Part shown: piece by piece, positions 63,186-64,000 of the stretch | How the letters are laid out: each line of letters begins with the position of its first letter | How positions within the stretch are numbered: the first letter of the stretch is position 1 | Virus record (IMG/VR): IMGVR_UViG_3300013121_000021 | Origin: an uncultured virus (IMG/VR IMGVR_UViG_3300013121_000021) | Taxonomy: Duplodnaviria; Heunggongvirae; Uroviricota; Caudoviricetes | Length of the DNA stretch: 64,000 nucleotides | Direction: 5' to 3' (one strand) | Notes under the pieces: model-generated | The model's input: the letters and a program-made list of their open reading frames with translations, nothing else | Databases searched by the model: none | What the model was told of the DNA's origin: nothing | Translations under genes and position numbers: made by a program

Positions 63186-63955
63186 CTCCAAACCTCTAAA
63201 TTGGAAAATGCTTGCCAAACATCTGGTGGTAAAATTGTAGGTCTTTCTATAAATCTTACTTTCTTCCTAATTTTATGTAAACCTTCAATATTAGCATCTA
63301 AATCATATTCATCGTATTCAGCTTTTATATCATTAAAATCATGTTCGAAATATGGTTCATCTATAAAATGATAAATAGATTTTAATGTTTGTTCTGGATG
63401 TTTGGCTAATTGTTCATATTCAATTAATATTAATTTGTTTTTATGTTCACTTGTAATAGCTTCTTTTAATCCATCATAAGCGAATCTAAGAATATGTCCT
63501 GTAGACATTAATGCTTGACATCTCGAATAAACATTTTCAGATTCATGTTCAGCATATAATTGAGATACAGAAAATGGATTTTTTCTAAATAATATTTCAA
63601 ATGAATCTAATATCCAATTAATATCTCTAACACAACAAATCATTTTAAAATTATCATTTATAGAATTTAAAACATTTAATAATAATGTCCATCCACGATT
63701 TGTATTGAAACAAACAGGATAATCTTTATCATAATAATATGTATCTATTAATGATTGTGACAACTTTATCCTTTTTTCAACGGGACATTGTAATTTATAC
63801 CCAGGTCCAGCAAAAGATTCAGTAATAACCGCTCTTATAAATCTGGCTAAAGGAGAAGATATATCAGAATAAAATCTTGGATTTTGATTTAAAATAGATG
63901 TTAATAAAGTAGAACCAGATCGTGGCAAACCAGAAATGAAATGAATTTTTTTCAT
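63182..63955 (-). CDS. Sulfotransferase family protein
   Basis: 5'-PSB motif SGLPRSGSTLL, 3'-PB VRD...ILDS, YEQL..P. Confidence 0.87.
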   Translation of the reverse strand: MKKIHFISGLPRSGSTLLTSILNQNPRFYSDISSPLARFIRAVITESFAGPGYKLQCPVEKRIKLSQSLIDTYYYDKDYPVCFNTNRGWTLLLNVLNSINDNFKMICCVRDINWILDSFEILFRKNPFSVSQLYAEHESENVYSRCQALMSTGHILRFAYDGLKEAITSEHKNKLILIEYEQLAKHPEQTLKSIYHFIDEPYFEHDFNDIKAEYDEYDLDANIEGLHKIRKKVRFIERPTILPPDVWQAFSNLEVWR

Positions 63956-64000
63956 GTTAATGTTTTTAAAGCTAAAGCTGCTTGACTAGCTACCCAAGTT

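Noticed and set aside
8631..63371. Short + strand ORFs in the track (8631, 8720, 9518, 15451, 16956, 24796, 25587, 28189, 32967, 45967, 47481, 48050, 53240, 59091, 63102)
   Set aside because: All lie antisense to well-supported - strand genes and show no motifs; treated as shadow ORFs.

Overview
AT-rich segment of a large, T4-like/jumbo tailed-phage (myovirus-type) genome using the standard genetic code. Almost all genes are on the - strand, apart from one three-gene + strand block. The GH108 lysin, a lipoprotein and an HldD-like epimerase suggest a Gram-negative host. It holds virion genes (2267-aa tape-measure-like protein with transglycosylase and M15 peptidase domains, baseplate, tail-fibre and collagen-fibre genes), a terminase large subunit, a RecA/UvsX recombinase, a Cas4-like nuclease, a MoxR-AAA/VWA pair and a glycosyl/methyl/sulfotransferase cluster. 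Reading between the ORFs shows five group I introns with resolvable splice sites: two in terL, two in recA and one in an unknown gene. Four of them form one closely related family at unrelated sites. Also present are a class 3 (Ala1, WCT) intein in the terL Walker A motif and a 126-nt tRNA-like RNA with alanine identity elements but no D or anticodon arm. A 14-bp candidate phage promoter recurs exactly three times. At least 8 dispersed proteins share an N-terminal IL[ED][EDN]IxxLIxE leader in front of mostly Gly-rich, membrane-like cargo, possibly a capsid-targeting/protease-cleaved system. All functional calls come from motif recognition by eye; no searches were run.
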